Source of the DNA: a virus
Strand: one strand, 5' to 3'
DNA length: 64,000 nt
IMG/VR virus record: IMGVR_UViG_3300032770_000009
Span: 52,569-116,568 of that record
The notes below the pieces were generated by a model that was not told the DNA's origin, did not search any database, and saw nothing but the letters and a program-made list of their open reading frames with translations. Both the position numbers and the translations under genes were made by a program. Positions 30,781 through 41,304 of the stretch are shown here, piece by piece. Each line of letters opens with the position of its first letter. Position 1 is the stretch's first letter.

Positions 30781-31411
30781 TAGTGATAATCCTCATTATT
30801 CGCTCCTATTTCTTGTCCCCCTTTAGTACGATAGCTTCTACCGTCTGGAAGATATTTTATATCAGCTTCATTGAAACCATGCCAAATTCTGTCCATCTGC
30901 TTTCGTACATTAGCAGTGTCAGCATCATCGACATTAGCCCAGTTAGGGGCGGTGTCTTTGTATACGCCATCGTTGATGCCGTACTTAAGTTCATCATTAT
31001 TCGATCTGTGCGGGGCATATGTCATTGCTACCACCACATCCCATTCGGTCTGTTAGTTGAGTTTATTTCTCCCTGTGAACCAGAGAAGTTATTCCATTCA
31101 TCTGTATTTATTTCTGCGTCTTGCTGTAGCTTGTTTCCAAGTATGTCAACTACAGTTAATTCCTGATCACGATAACCGAATCTTGGAGGAAATTTTCTAG
31201 TAGTCATATTTCTCCGTATTTCAGAATCAGGAGTTAAAGGGTTTTGAGAGATCATAGCTTGAGCCTCTTTTTTGGCTTCTCCGTCTCCCTCTTGAAACAT
31301 GCGCTGATAATCTACAAGATCATTTATATTCTGCTGCCAGGGACGCATTCCTGCATCGTATATTGTCTGACTTACACGGTACATGGAATCCCCACTTCCT
31401 GATGCGGACAA
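30780..31411 (-). CDS. two hypothetical genes (30780-31037, 31028-31411)
   Basis: Coupled ORFs between nuclease genes. Confidence 0.6.
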
Positions 31412-31776
31412 ACATCTAAAGTTCGTCTAGAGCAGTTACAGTTATAGCATTCTATAATTATATCGTCTGGTGCATTATCTCTAACCCATCGATACATGTT
31501 ACGTCCCACTTCTTCTCTATGCTGTTTTCCATCATTGTTCACATGAGAGATAGTTAAGAATGCAGGGTTATCTTCACCACAGCAAGCGCACTCTGAACCA
31601 TACATTTCTAACACATCATATACAACATCAGCATACAGGTCACTACTCTGAGAGCTTCTACATTCTTTACATCTAGACTGTACTCTCCCACGGTCGCCAC
31701 GTCTGTCAAATGCTCCGATAGGTTTTTCAATTTTACACTTGGAACAGACCTTAGTGTCAGCAACACGTAAGTCCAT
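31372..31776 (-). CDS. HNH endonuclease (paralog of 26133-26564)
   Basis: CSKCK...CKEC; CACCGE..FLTISHVNNDG...CYNCN...CPHQ. Confidence 0.8.
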   Translation of the reverse strand: MDLRVADTKVCSKCKIEKPIGAFDRRGDRGRVQSRCKECRSSQSSDLYADVVYDVLEMYGSECACCGEDNPAFLTISHVNNDGKQHREEVGRNMYRWVRDNAPDDIIIECYNCNCSRRTLDVCPHQEVGIPCTV

Positions 31777-33973
31777 CTACTTGTTCACCAGGCTCTCTAT
31801 AACTTTCTTGTTGTTGCCTGCGTGCTCTCCAAGTAACTCCATCGCCCTTATAGTAGAGTGTATCAAGGAATGCCCCGGCTGTCCACTTGGAGCATTTCTT
31901 CCCCTCATGCTAACTGGAGATACAGCTTCTGGCCTGGTTGCTGCTGGCATATTCCTCATCCTAGCAGGCTGTCCGCCTGGAGCATTAGGCATAGCCATAG
32001 TCTTAGAGACTTCGTAAGCCTGTGTCTTGTCTCTTTTATAAGATTGAGTAGGAGCCCCGCTGGAAAGTGTATCTCCCCAGTTCTGAGTCCAGTTCTGACC
32101 CTTTTCAGCATTAAGGCGTTTAACCATGTCACCTAGTTTTTCTCTAGGTGTCTGATCAGGAAGATGAGCCATGCCTTGAGTTACAGCAGAACCAGCCGCC
32201 AGTTCAGCATTTAGCTGGTTAGCAAGAGTAGACGGCTGCTTATTCCTGGCCATTGTTATTCTCCCTTAAATTGCCTTGGATTGATGTTTCGATTGGACTG
32301 ACCTTGAGGCTGCGGTGCCCTGCCCGATTCGATAGACTTAGCTTCTTTATTTACAGCATAAGCCTTAGCAAGATTTTTTACTCCGCCAATCTCAGCTTTT
32401 CCTATAGCTACCGCTCCCTCAGCTAAAGTTTTCGTCCCCTTAGCTACAGTTCTCCCGGCAGCACCAGCTATAGCACCTATATTGCTGTTAGATCCTCTTC
32501 TGTTACCGGCCCGTATTTCATCGTGGTGTGTTTCTGCTGTTCCCTTAGCTTTTTCGTATTTAGACTGAGCTTTTCCCAGTCTTCTGTCAGAGTTAGCAGC
32601 ACCAGCCGCACTTACAGCCTTTCTAGCAGCATGACCAACCGGACCCAGCCTCTTATCTGGCTTTTCTTTAGGTCCGTTAACTAGTCTATCCAGTGGTCCC
32701 TGCCTTTTAGAAGCATCTCTGGTTTCCTGCCACTGCGCTTCTTTTTTAGCTCTGAACTTAGCACTGCTGGCATGTGTTTTTTCCGCAACATCTAAGTTAC
32801 GTGCCGCTTTGACAGCTTTTCTCTTAGCTCTACTTGGTTCTAAACCAGACACAGCGTCAACGTTAGCCGATTCTACACTTTTAGCAGGTGCAGCAGATCT
32901 GCCTGATGTTCGTGACTGCTCCCTTTGACCTGCTATATCAGCTTTTGAATTGACTTTTACAGAACCAGATGGTTCTGATTTAGGTGCAGATGATTTAGAT
33001 GGTACTTTTGCACTTTGAGCCGATGGTCTTTCCCTGCCAGAATTAGCTACAGACAACGCTTCACTAGCATGCTGGTCAAATGATTTACCAACTGCAGGCT
33101 GCGGTCTTGTCGGTGCTGAAAACTGACGTGAATTTACAGGTGCTTCATGCGATGTCTCTCTAGCGCTAGAAATAGGACCAGCAGGGTAATCTGTAGTAAA
33201 ACTGACTCTTGATTTAGGCTGTGCGAAAGCTGGCCCCTTCTTACCAGAAGCTACTCCAGACTTAGCACTCTGCTGTCTAGGCGGTGTATCCCTTGGTGCC
33301 GCACTTTTAGTTCTGGCATCAGCGTCGTTGTTAGTGCTTGCTCCATGTATAGCGCTTTTAACACCATGCGATGTCATCTCTATAGCATAAGATTTAGCAG
33401 CAGATGGCTTCGCATCAGAAGCCGATGAACTTTTCCACTGAACTTTAACATTATTTTTTTCTGAAGGATTAGCAGTAAAACTAGGCTCAGATCTTGGCTG
33501 CTCAGCTCGCTTTTGCTTAGTTCTAACCGCCTTGTGAGATGACGCTATTTCTTTAGTATTAGCGCGGCTACGTGCTCTTTCACTTGGTGTCTGTGAATTA
33601 GCAGCCATTATTTCATTCCTACTTTAGCTCTAACAGCTTTTCTTTCAGCGATCTTAGATTTCATGACGCCCAGTGCTGTATGCTTACCTTTAGACGGAGC
33701 ATTAGAAGAGGTAGTCATATTCTTTGCTACACTTGCCTTTGTTGCCGGTGCAGCATGCTTACCTGTAGCAGCACCCTTTGAATGCTTGCCGCCGAATTCA
33801 TATCTACCAGGGCCAGTATCAGTTTTACCTGCTGCTCTGTGCTTGCCGCTGTATAATTCATTTTTTGGCTTAGCTGGTGCGCTGCCCTTTAATTTGTTTG
33901 CTGCCGCTCTTGCCTTAGCACCTATTTTTGACGGGCCACTTGCTAAAGCCTTCTGTGCTTTACTTTTTGCCAT
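31777..33973 (-). CDS. three basic Ala/Lys/Ser-rich low-complexity proteins (31777-32253, 32256-33608, 33608-33973)
   Basis: Long open frames with GGAG RBS; little hydrophobic core; possible internal virion proteins (inference). Confidence 0.7.
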
Positions 33974-33985
33974 TGTATCTCCCTG

Positions 33986-34588
33986 CTACATCACATACGA
34001 AGGTAGCATCTTATATAGTCTAGCCTTGGCGTCTGGATCTGTAAGAACCACTGGATTCTTAGCAGGATCAACGCCGTAGTATCTTGCTTCGTTCATTTGC
34101 TGTGGTGCCCCAGCAGCACCAGTAAGTTTGCCTTGGTGTGCTAGTCTTTCAATAGGAGATCCACGGAAAACAGCACGTTTAACATCCATAGTGACAACCC
34201 CGTCGTGATGTGATGAAACATACTTAGCTTCTGCTTTCAGTCTCATGTCAGGCTGGAAATCAACAGGCCAGAAATAGTCCTTTCCGTCAATCTTAGACCC
34301 TTTGTGAACACCACGTTGATAAGGTCTCTTGTTAAGTTGATTACCCAGAGCCTCAAGTAGTTTATCTTGCTGCCGGTCCCATGACATAGACCCTAGATAT
34401 CCGTCTGGATACTGAGCGTCATTAGTAGCCATGGAACGTCGAGCATCTAACTGGTCATGATACCGTATAGCATTACGTGCGTAAAGACCGCCACCCGCAC
34501 CCATAGCATGACTGTACGGCTGGTTGTATCCCTCATTAGGCACATACCAATTAGAATTATTTCCTGGTCCGCCACCCATAGTAGCCAT
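33986..34588 (-). CDS. hypothetical phage protein
   Basis: 200-aa ORF, TAATG-coupled to upstream gene. Confidence 0.7.
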   Translation of the reverse strand: MATMGGGPGNNSNWYVPNEGYNQPYSHAMGAGGGLYARNAIRYHDQLDARRSMATNDAQYPDGYLGSMSWDRQQDKLLEALGNQLNKRPYQRGVHKGSKIDGKDYFWPVDFQPDMRLKAEAKYVSSHHDGVVTMDVKRAVFRGSPIERLAHQGKLTGAAGAPQQMNEARYYGVDPAKNPVVLTDPDAKARLYKMLPSYVM

Positions 34589-35097
34589 TATCTGTACACA
34601 TTCTGTGATTTGTCTCCTTGACGCTGTGGTCCTGTCCCCTCTTTGTATTGGTAATCATGCACCACGTCCCATGGACCCTTAGATTTCCCAGGGAATCCAA
34701 GCCATGCGTAAATAGGTCTATCTAATTCTTTATAGGCTAAAGCTCTATGATGTCCGTCCATAATCATAGCTGTCTTATTAGAACGCTGTATCATGACAAC
34801 CGGCTTTATGCCTTCACCTTTTTTATCAGCCTGCTTGATTCTTCTCTTGAATAAGTTAACCTTCTCTGGCTGATGTGATGCTCTCCAAGAATTCTTTTCG
34901 TCAAAATCAGTTCTCTGCAAGGGAACTTCTACAGGACCCTTCCACTTGACACCGTGAACCCAGTCAACGGCGTCTTTAGGATAATCTTCAGTTAACTGGT
35001 CGTAAACGGCATCAGCTACTTTTTTGGCTGGTTTTCTGCGCATGCTTGAAGAGCTGCTGTTACTTTTAAACTGCGGGCCTAGTAGCTGTGATTTCAT
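34588..35097 (-). CDS. ParB/sulfiredoxin-like N-terminal domain protein
   Basis: IKPVVMI...IMDGHHRALAYKEL motif. Confidence 0.8.
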   Translation of the reverse strand: MKSQLLGPQFKSNSSSSSMRRKPAKKVADAVYDQLTEDYPKDAVDWVHGVKWKGPVEVPLQRTDFDEKNSWRASHQPEKVNLFKRRIKQADKKGEGIKPVVMIQRSNKTAMIMDGHHRALAYKELDRPIYAWLGFPGKSKGPWDVVHDYQYKEGTGPQRQGDKSQNVYR

Positions 35098-35734
35098 TAG
35101 TTCAGGTAATCTACGATATTGCTGGTGTCATAGTTGAATGAACCAGACTTAGAACCAGCCTGGATTGATGAATTCTTGGTTGCATTAGTCGCTGCCTGTT
35201 CATGCTGGGAAGCGGCAGCATTGTAAAATTCCTGGCTCCTGTTCATCTGACCTTGGGCCTTAGATAACTGCTGATACTGATTTTTCTCGTTGGTATGCAG
35301 ATCACTAAGAGAGTTGTTGTTCGCTGAAATAGAAAGAGACTCAGGAGTTGTAAAGTGCGTATTAACAGAGTCGTTAAAGTCACTGAGTGCCATTTAAGCT
35401 CCTAGTATGATTGTCCCTGTCTTGCCTTCTCTGACCAAAAATCACCAACACCAGCTTTAGAAGGTACAAGATAAGTGTTGCGCTGTGTAGCCGATGCCTC
35501 TGCCGCGTTAGCCTTGTACAGTGAAGCTACGATAGTGCATTTAGGACCGTCGCCCTCATTTAACTTGACATTAGAGCGCGATGCCATCTTACCTGTAGGA
35601 GACGCGCCACGGCCCATTGTGCCCTTTGCTACTGATTTAGTGTACTTAGAATTTGGATGGGCGGCACCACTACCCACGAAAGAGAAAACGTTGTCGCCAA
35701 CGGTGTCGAAATCTGATTTGCAAGCTTCGCACAT
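35097..35734 (-). CDS. two hypothetical genes (35097-35393, 35402-35734)
   Basis: AGGAG/AAGGA RBS; coupled. Confidence 0.6.
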
Positions 35735-35754
35735 GATGTTTCCTTAAAATAAAG

Positions 35755-36024
35755 TTATTCGACCTTTAGTCTGAAAGTAAGAGCGGTTACTATTCCGTCA
35801 TCCATCTCAACATCCGCGAAACCCGGAATAACCAGCAGTCGCATACCTTTAGCACCCACATACGACTGAGCTATAGCTACAGCTTTCATAGCTTGATTAA
35901 CAGCGGCAGCACCTATGGCGCGTATGGAAACTTGCTCATTGTTATACACGCTGTGTGCGATTGTAGACGCTAGACTTATTGAAGAAGTAGAACCTTTTAC
36001 CCTTAATATTTTTGTATTTTCCAT
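35755..36024 (-). CDS. spoVS: SpoVS-family (Alba-like) protein
   Basis: ILRVKGSTSSISLASTIA...IRAIGAAAVNQAMKAVAIA...IPGF.DV. Confidence 0.9.
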   Translation of the reverse strand: MENTKILRVKGSTSSISLASTIAHSVYNNEQVSIRAIGAAAVNQAMKAVAIAQSYVGAKGMRLLVIPGFADVEMDDGIVTALTFRLKVE

Positions 36025-36068
36025 ATTGTGTTCCTAATTTGAGTATAGTTTTACTTGTCCAGTATACA

Positions 36069-36575
36069 CTATACCTTAGCCTTCTTAGGACGATTTCTCC
36101 TTGGCTTGCGTGGAGCTATACGTGGTACGTCAAACACTTCATCGGAAGGGTTGAACTCCATGTAATCAACCATCTTCTTTAGAAGAGAGAGGTTGTCCCT
36201 TATTGGACCAAGTAGCTTGTGGTTGCAATAATTGCACAGAAGACCACGGATCTTGCCCGTGCTATGATCATGATCTACTGATAATTTTCTACCAGTAGCA
36301 CATGACTTACCGCATATAGCGCAAACCCCCTCTTGAAATTCCAGTAAGTTATCATAGTCTTCATCGGTAATTCCGTATTCCCTGATCAGAGCATAAGTCC
36401 GCCTTTTTGTTCCAGTGCATTCTTTACACCAACTAGACCTGCCATCTCTTGTATGAGAATTAGTATAGAAATCCTCCATTGATTTCTCTTTTCCGCAAAT
36501 CTTACAAACTTTTGTAGCCGGTATGGTTAATTCCATACCGGCTGTCTGTAATTCTCCCTGTTTTGCCTTACTCAC
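36069..36575 (-). CDS. endonuclease VII-like nuclease with N-terminal Zn finger
   Basis: CKICG...CKEC; YGITDEDY...CAICG...LSVDHDHSTGKIRGLLCNYCN. Confidence 0.9.
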   Translation of the reverse strand: MSKAKQGELQTAGMELTIPATKVCKICGKEKSMEDFYTNSHTRDGRSSWCKECTGTKRRTYALIREYGITDEDYDNLLEFQEGVCAICGKSCATGRKLSVDHDHSTGKIRGLLCNYCNHKLLGPIRDNLSLLKKMVDYMEFNPSDEVFDVPRIAPRKPRRNRPKKAKV

Positions 36576-37144
36576 CAGCGTGTTACTCCTAGTAGTTGAA
36601 GAATAAGATTTATGAACACCACAAATGCTAGTATCTGCGTGTACCTTAGTACAGGATTGAAAGACTTAACTGCTACTTCCTCTTTTTTAGGTTCTTCTAC
36701 CCAGGAAGCCATTCCTTCTGCTGGCTCCATGTCAAGAGTTACCTTATCTAGCATTTTACTGAAGTTCTCAGCGGCTTCGTAAGTATCCTTTGAATTCACG
36801 AAACCCCAGTAGTAATCTTTGTATGTCTTGTTATCGGGATAGATGTAAGTAGTAACACCATTGGATTCATATCTGGCTGCTGCTCTAGTTACAGCATTGT
36901 CTTGTTCTTTCTTGATTACAGATTGCATAGTATTGTAGCCGGTGTCATCAGGAGTTGCCACAGTATAGGTGTGCCTTGAGAGTTCCCTGAATCTAGGATC
37001 GTTGCTCTGTCCCCACGCCTGCACAACCGATTCAGGATAGGAAAACGCAGCCGGGAACAAGAATCTAGCGGTGTCATCTACTCTTTCATTTAAATAACTA
37101 GTAGGATATGCATACTTTCCTATATTGGCCACTGAGGATAGCAT
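36572..37144 (-). CDS. membrane-anchored hypothetical protein
   Basis: C-terminal ILAFVVFINLILQLLGV. Confidence 0.6.
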   Translation of the reverse strand: MLSSVANIGKYAYPTSYLNERVDDTARFLFPAAFSYPESVVQAWGQSNDPRFRELSRHTYTVATPDDTGYNTMQSVIKKEQDNAVTRAAARYESNGVTTYIYPDNKTYKDYYWGFVNSKDTYEAAENFSKMLDKVTLDMEPAEGMASWVEEPKKEEVAVKSFNPVLRYTQILAFVVFINLILQLLGVTRW

Positions 37145-37211
37145 TCCTTAAATATAATCAATGACATTCCTATTAGTAGTCCTAGCAGTATTAACCACGT
37201 CAGCATACTGC

Positions 37212-37625
37212 TTATTCTCTCAATGTAGCTATAGGTACGGCCCATCTATGCCAGTCCTCAATCTCAGGAAAATAAACAGGAATATTAAGTGACTTAGCAT
37301 AAGTGGCACATTGCCTTGTTCCCTTAGATCCGTTTTCGGGAAAAGCTATTAGTAACTCAGCGCCGTAATCTATCATGTCCATGTTACGATACGGCCCAGC
37401 CTTCTTACCATATTTTTCCCAGTCAGCAAAAAATTCTTTAAAATCCCATCCCGCTGTTTCTAAGAAAGACTTCGTGATGCTATCGACTCCTGTTGGGCAG
37501 TCGCCAACGAGGAATAAAATCTCGCCGTTACACCGTCTGTACTCGGTGGCAATGCACTGCTGAACCAGCCAAGATTTTCCGCTTGGGTAATTTCTGCTTC
37601 CTGAGATTGCGACTTTACGTGCCAT
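37212..37625 (-). CDS. SLOG-family (DUF2493-like) protein
   Basis: VAISGSRNY, GDCPTGVD, ADWEKYGKKAGPYRN..M, AFP..GSKGT; GGAGG RBS before ATG 37625. Confidence 0.85.
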   Translation of the reverse strand: MARKVAISGSRNYPSGKSWLVQQCIATEYRRCNGEILFLVGDCPTGVDSITKSFLETAGWDFKEFFADWEKYGKKAGPYRNMDMIDYGAELLIAFPENGSKGTRQCATYAKSLNIPVYFPEIEDWHRWAVPIATLRE

Positions 37626-37921
37626 TCTACCTCCGTGTCTCCTAGATGACAACATGTTCCTGACAAATGGAACACAGCACAACTTATATTCCCCGATATA
37701 AACCATCTTTCACATACAGGGCACTGTCGTGGTTCATTTCTTATAAATACCTGCATTATTTTACCTCGCGTAGATATGAACCAGAGGAGTATTTCCTATA
37801 TTCCAGCAGACATCGTAGACAGTAAAATCCCCTTCATCTAACCATATTGTTTCTCCTTTATGGGGTACAGCAGTCCAATTTTGGAAACAATAAGATTTAC
37901 CAGGCACATCTATGGTGACTG

Positions 37922-38938
37922 TCATTTTCCTCCTTCATAAGCTTTACAAGATGCACAGGAACCTTTAGGGCAAGGCGGCGGCGTACCTTTAGCAAGAGCG
38001 TCTACCACTACATGAGCAGTATCCAGTATCGGCTCTATTATTGAATAAGTGTAAGGGACTACAAATTCTTTAGCTTGATTATTTGCTTTATACTCGTAAA
38101 CAAATGAAATCCTGTCGAAAGGCAATCCCATCTCTTTAGCCATAAATAAATACAAATTTCCTTGCTTTAAATGAGATGTTAGCGGCGCATGAAAAGATTT
38201 CCACATCCCGTCTGCGTCTGATATTTTTTTACCTGACACGTCGTGGGTGTTAGATTCGAATAATTTAGGTGCTGAGTACCTGAAACTCCCAGCGGATATT
38301 GACTTGAGTTCGACAAGAATATTATGATCAACAAGACCAGCATCCGCATGGCCTGAGAGAGGAAGGGTTGTGGATTTGAGAGTGACTTCACGGTACCTCC
38401 AATCGTGAGAGAAATCTTTCATAGCGCTTCTGGGTGTTTCACCTGCTCTTCTAGTAACAAGTTCCTCAAACTTAACCCAGTCTGTTCCTATGCAAGCTCC
38501 TCCGTAAAACTCACTCGGCTTTAGTGAATCTTTTACATGAGCAGCGCATCTATAGCATTTCCAGTCACCCCATAGTTTACCTGTTTCTGATAGCCATGTT
38601 TGCCACTTGTCATGCACTGAATTACCCTGTGCGAATACATTCTCTAACTGGAAAGAATACTTTGACGGAGGCTCAGGAAAACCAGACATACGGTAATACG
38701 TGGCTCTGGGACACCAGTCAGATAAAGCCATTTCCGAAGGATACATACCGCGTCTTACTGTAGAAGCACTCTCTGTCTTCTTCCGGTCTAACATTATTTT
38801 TTTAACTTCTGGTATAACAATACCCGTTGCTGCCTTTAACGACGAATAATCAGCAAATTTGCCGTCGCTTTTAGTTATACGCCTGCTTTTATCAACTGAA
38901 GCACTGCGAGCTGTTTCCTTCTTAGTAACTCTAGGCAT
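37922..38938 (-). CDS. Cas4-like PD-(D/E)XK exonuclease
   Basis: PSEM...WCPR, GNSVH, SGHADA, VELKS, Q..LY, C-terminal C...C..C. Confidence 0.85.
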   Translation of the reverse strand: MPRVTKKETARSASVDKSRRITKSDGKFADYSSLKAATGIVIPEVKKIMLDRKKTESASTVRRGMYPSEMALSDWCPRATYYRMSGFPEPPSKYSFQLENVFAQGNSVHDKWQTWLSETGKLWGDWKCYRCAAHVKDSLKPSEFYGGACIGTDWVKFEELVTRRAGETPRSAMKDFSHDWRYREVTLKSTTLPLSGHADAGLVDHNILVELKSISAGSFRYSAPKLFESNTHDVSGKKISDADGMWKSFHAPLTSHLKQGNLYLFMAKEMGLPFDRISFVYEYKANNQAKEFVVPYTYSIIEPILDTAHVVVDALAKGTPPPCPKGSCASCKAYEGGK

Positions 38939-39293
38939 CTGCTAGGCTCCGTTTCATGTCGTTTATTTCCTTTTTAGATAACCCGGCTAATGCTTCTTCT
39001 TGAGTCATATATTTCCATTCAGGGTTTGGCTGCTGTTTCTTAAATGGCATTTTCTTCCTCACCGCTTTTCGTGCCAGAGGAGTCATGCCTCCGTAAACTC
39101 CGTACTCTATGTTACTGCTAAGGGCAAACTTAAGGCACTGATCACGCAAAATACACTTATTGCCGTCAACAGTGCCATTGCAGAACTCTGTAGCCTCAAA
39201 CTGGTCTATTTCATCTTCTGAAAAGAAGATATCGTCGGTAGTAATATCTACCGATAAGCATTTAGCACGATCCCAGCGGGTATTAGTTACCAA
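38931..39293 (-). CDS. whiB: WhiB-family transcription factor
   Basis: W..AKC...DIFF...C..CILRDQCLKFAL...YGVYGGMTP..R. Confidence 0.9.
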   Translation of the reverse strand: MVTNTRWDRAKCLSVDITTDDIFFSEDEIDQFEATEFCNGTVDGNKCILRDQCLKFALSSNIEYGVYGGMTPLARKAVRKKMPFKKQQPNPEWKYMTQEEALAGLSKKEINDMKRSLADA

Positions 39294-39613
39294 TCAGATC
39301 CTTCTAAATTATGCATCATACCTATGAAATCAGACTTATCCAGCACAACATACTGAGAACCATCAAAGTCAATTTCAAATACAGGATACTTGTTTTCTAT
39401 AACTGACTGATAGTAAAGCTTTAAAAGATCGGCTAACTTTATCGAGTAGGACTGCTTAGTTGTAGTTTTGCACTCAACTAGGAATTTACCTGAATGAATG
39501 TCAGCTTTTTTCATCCACCCATTTCCAGAACCTGGAGTTACTGTACCACCATAGTCTTTAGCTGCTTTTCTCTCCTGTAACTTACTTCTCCTGTGATGAT
39601 CGGTTCTTATCAT
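39287..39613 (-). CDS. Holliday junction resolvase (PD-(D/E)XK)
   Basis: QE..AA..YGG...PGSG....KAD....FLVECKTT. Confidence 0.8.
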   Translation of the reverse strand: MIRTDHHRRSKLQERKAAKDYGGTVTPGSGNGWMKKADIHSGKFLVECKTTTKQSYSIKLADLLKLYYQSVIENKYPVFEIDFDGSQYVVLDKSDFIGMMHNLEGSDW

Positions 39614-40698
39614 TAGTCTTCTTCTCTTTCCCCGGAAACTAACGAGTCCGCCAACTCAGGGATAGTTGACGCGGCAAGGACTTGCTCGGACAATTCTTCT
39701 CTGAGATCAAGATCTTCTCTTAAAGATTCAAGAACTGACGCTTTGCCCTGCCATTTATAGTCTTTGTAGTAGTACCAACCGCCCTTTTTCTGTATGATAT
39801 CAAACAAAGATGCGACTGTAAAATAGTCCAGCGCGATATCAAATTCACCGCGCTTGAAGCCCAAAACGGGGGCATTACGGAAATAAAAATCAGCAGTAGC
39901 TACTTGCTGCGGTGGTGCTGCCTTGTTTTTCTCTGTAGTCATCTTAATAGTCTGACCGACAGTAACTCCGTCTTTCCAGCCGGGCCTTTTCTCTATTATC
40001 CATTCATCACGTGCTAACTTTAATATAATGTAGTAGAAATAATCCTTAGCCTCTCCACCCGGAGTAGTCATAGGTGTTCCTCTAGGAGCCCATTTACCTG
40101 GTGCCTGACGATACTGATTGATAATAACGCCAGTCATTTTCTTACCAGAAGTTGTATTAGCACCTATCTTACGTATAAACTTACCGAAATTTCTAGCGCC
40201 AAGAGACATAGTAGATTCGTCCATTGCTTTGTCTATTTCTTCATCTGGAGACAAAGCAGGATACGAATCCAGTACACAAAGATCTACTTCTCCTGAATCC
40301 TCAGCGTCAATGATAGTCTGAAAAGCAAGTTCCATCTTTTTAGTAGGTATTACTGTTACTCTTGATAAATCAACACCCAATGCTGTAGCCTGCCCTATAT
40401 CGTATTTCTCTGATGCTACCCATAGGGTGTTAAAATCCGGGTTGATTTTCTGATTAGCCGCAACAGCGGTATGCATTAAACTGCTTTTACCTGCTGATTT
40501 AGCTCCCCTGTATTCCGTCCACTCCCCAACAGGCAGTCCCCCTCCAAATATTGTGTCTAACGATAACAAACCAGTAGTGATAGTGGTCGGCTTTTGTATG
40601 TCAGATGCGAGTATTGCTGTTCCCTGACCATATGTTTTGTTTAATAAGTTAGCTATCAACGTGTGCCTTTCCTGTATATGACTGCTCCAATTCCGCAT
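39613..40698 (-). CDS. recA: RecA-like recombinase (start possibly TTG 40659)
   Basis: TTGLLSLD..FGGGLP.G, Walker A GAKSAGKS, VLDS, INQYR, TTPGGEA, KNKAAPP. Confidence 0.93.
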   Translation of the reverse strand: MRNWSSHIQERHTLIANLLNKTYGQGTAILASDIQKPTTITTGLLSLDTIFGGGLPVGEWTEYRGAKSAGKSSLMHTAVAANQKINPDFNTLWVASEKYDIGQATALGVDLSRVTVIPTKKMELAFQTIIDAEDSGEVDLCVLDSYPALSPDEEIDKAMDESTMSLGARNFGKFIRKIGANTTSGKKMTGVIINQYRQAPGKWAPRGTPMTTPGGEAKDYFYYIILKLARDEWIIEKRPGWKDGVTVGQTIKMTTEKNKAAPPQQVATADFYFRNAPVLGFKRGEFDIALDYFTVASLFDIIQKKGGWYYYKDYKWQGKASVLESLREDLDLREELSEQVLAASTIPELADSLVSGEREED

Positions 40699-41237
40699 TA
40701 GCCAATCTTAAAGCATTAGCATCTTTAGATATTCTAGCTCTGTATTTCTGTGCCCCGCCATCAGCAGTTTGTTTGACATGTAGTGTCTTAGCATCTCCGT
40801 TAAGAGCCATTATATTCATAGTGTCAAGATCATTTACTTCTCTGCCAGATATGAAACCGCAATCGAAACAGCGAGCAGCAGCAGAAGCACCTGGTTTAAC
40901 AAAGCTGCCAGAACCACAATTCGGGCAGTTTCCTGTATTTGACTTAAGATGGTCAGCCCTGGAATAATCGTGGGTTGAATCTTTTACTGTCTCTATAGGC
41001 TCAGTGGGCCTGTCTCTGTTGCTGCGTGTGTAATCAGGATCTTGCCACCACGGTAAATTCCCCTGGTAGTTTGGAGAAGGGTTTTGTTTCTGCTGCTCGG
41101 CTCTCTTTATCTGAAAGAATTTCGAGGTATCCATTAGCTTTTATCAACTCGTCTAGTATTGCCCTTAGAATTCTGTTTGTTTGTATTACAGCTTCTCTCA
41201 GACCGTAGTCGCTTACTGGCGTTGTTGGTGGTGGCAA
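40649..41237 (-). CDS. two hypothetical genes (40649-41134 with CPNC...CFDC; 41034-41237)
   Basis: Overlapping ORFs upstream of recA. Confidence 0.6.
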
Positions 41238-41304
41238 TCACACCACGTCCCTCCCTTGCACGATTCATGATTATCATTACGGCAGTCTTCACAAATAAAT
41301 CTCA

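Noticed and set aside
31028-32253. Group I intron around the HNH gene (also considered for 63157-63504)
   Set aside because: The flanking genes have their own starts and stops abutting the nuclease ORF, leaving no room for a ribozyme core.
37922-38938. Cas4-like gene as evidence of a CRISPR-Cas system
   Set aside because: There are no other cas genes or array; stand-alone Cas4-like exonucleases are normal in phage recombination modules.
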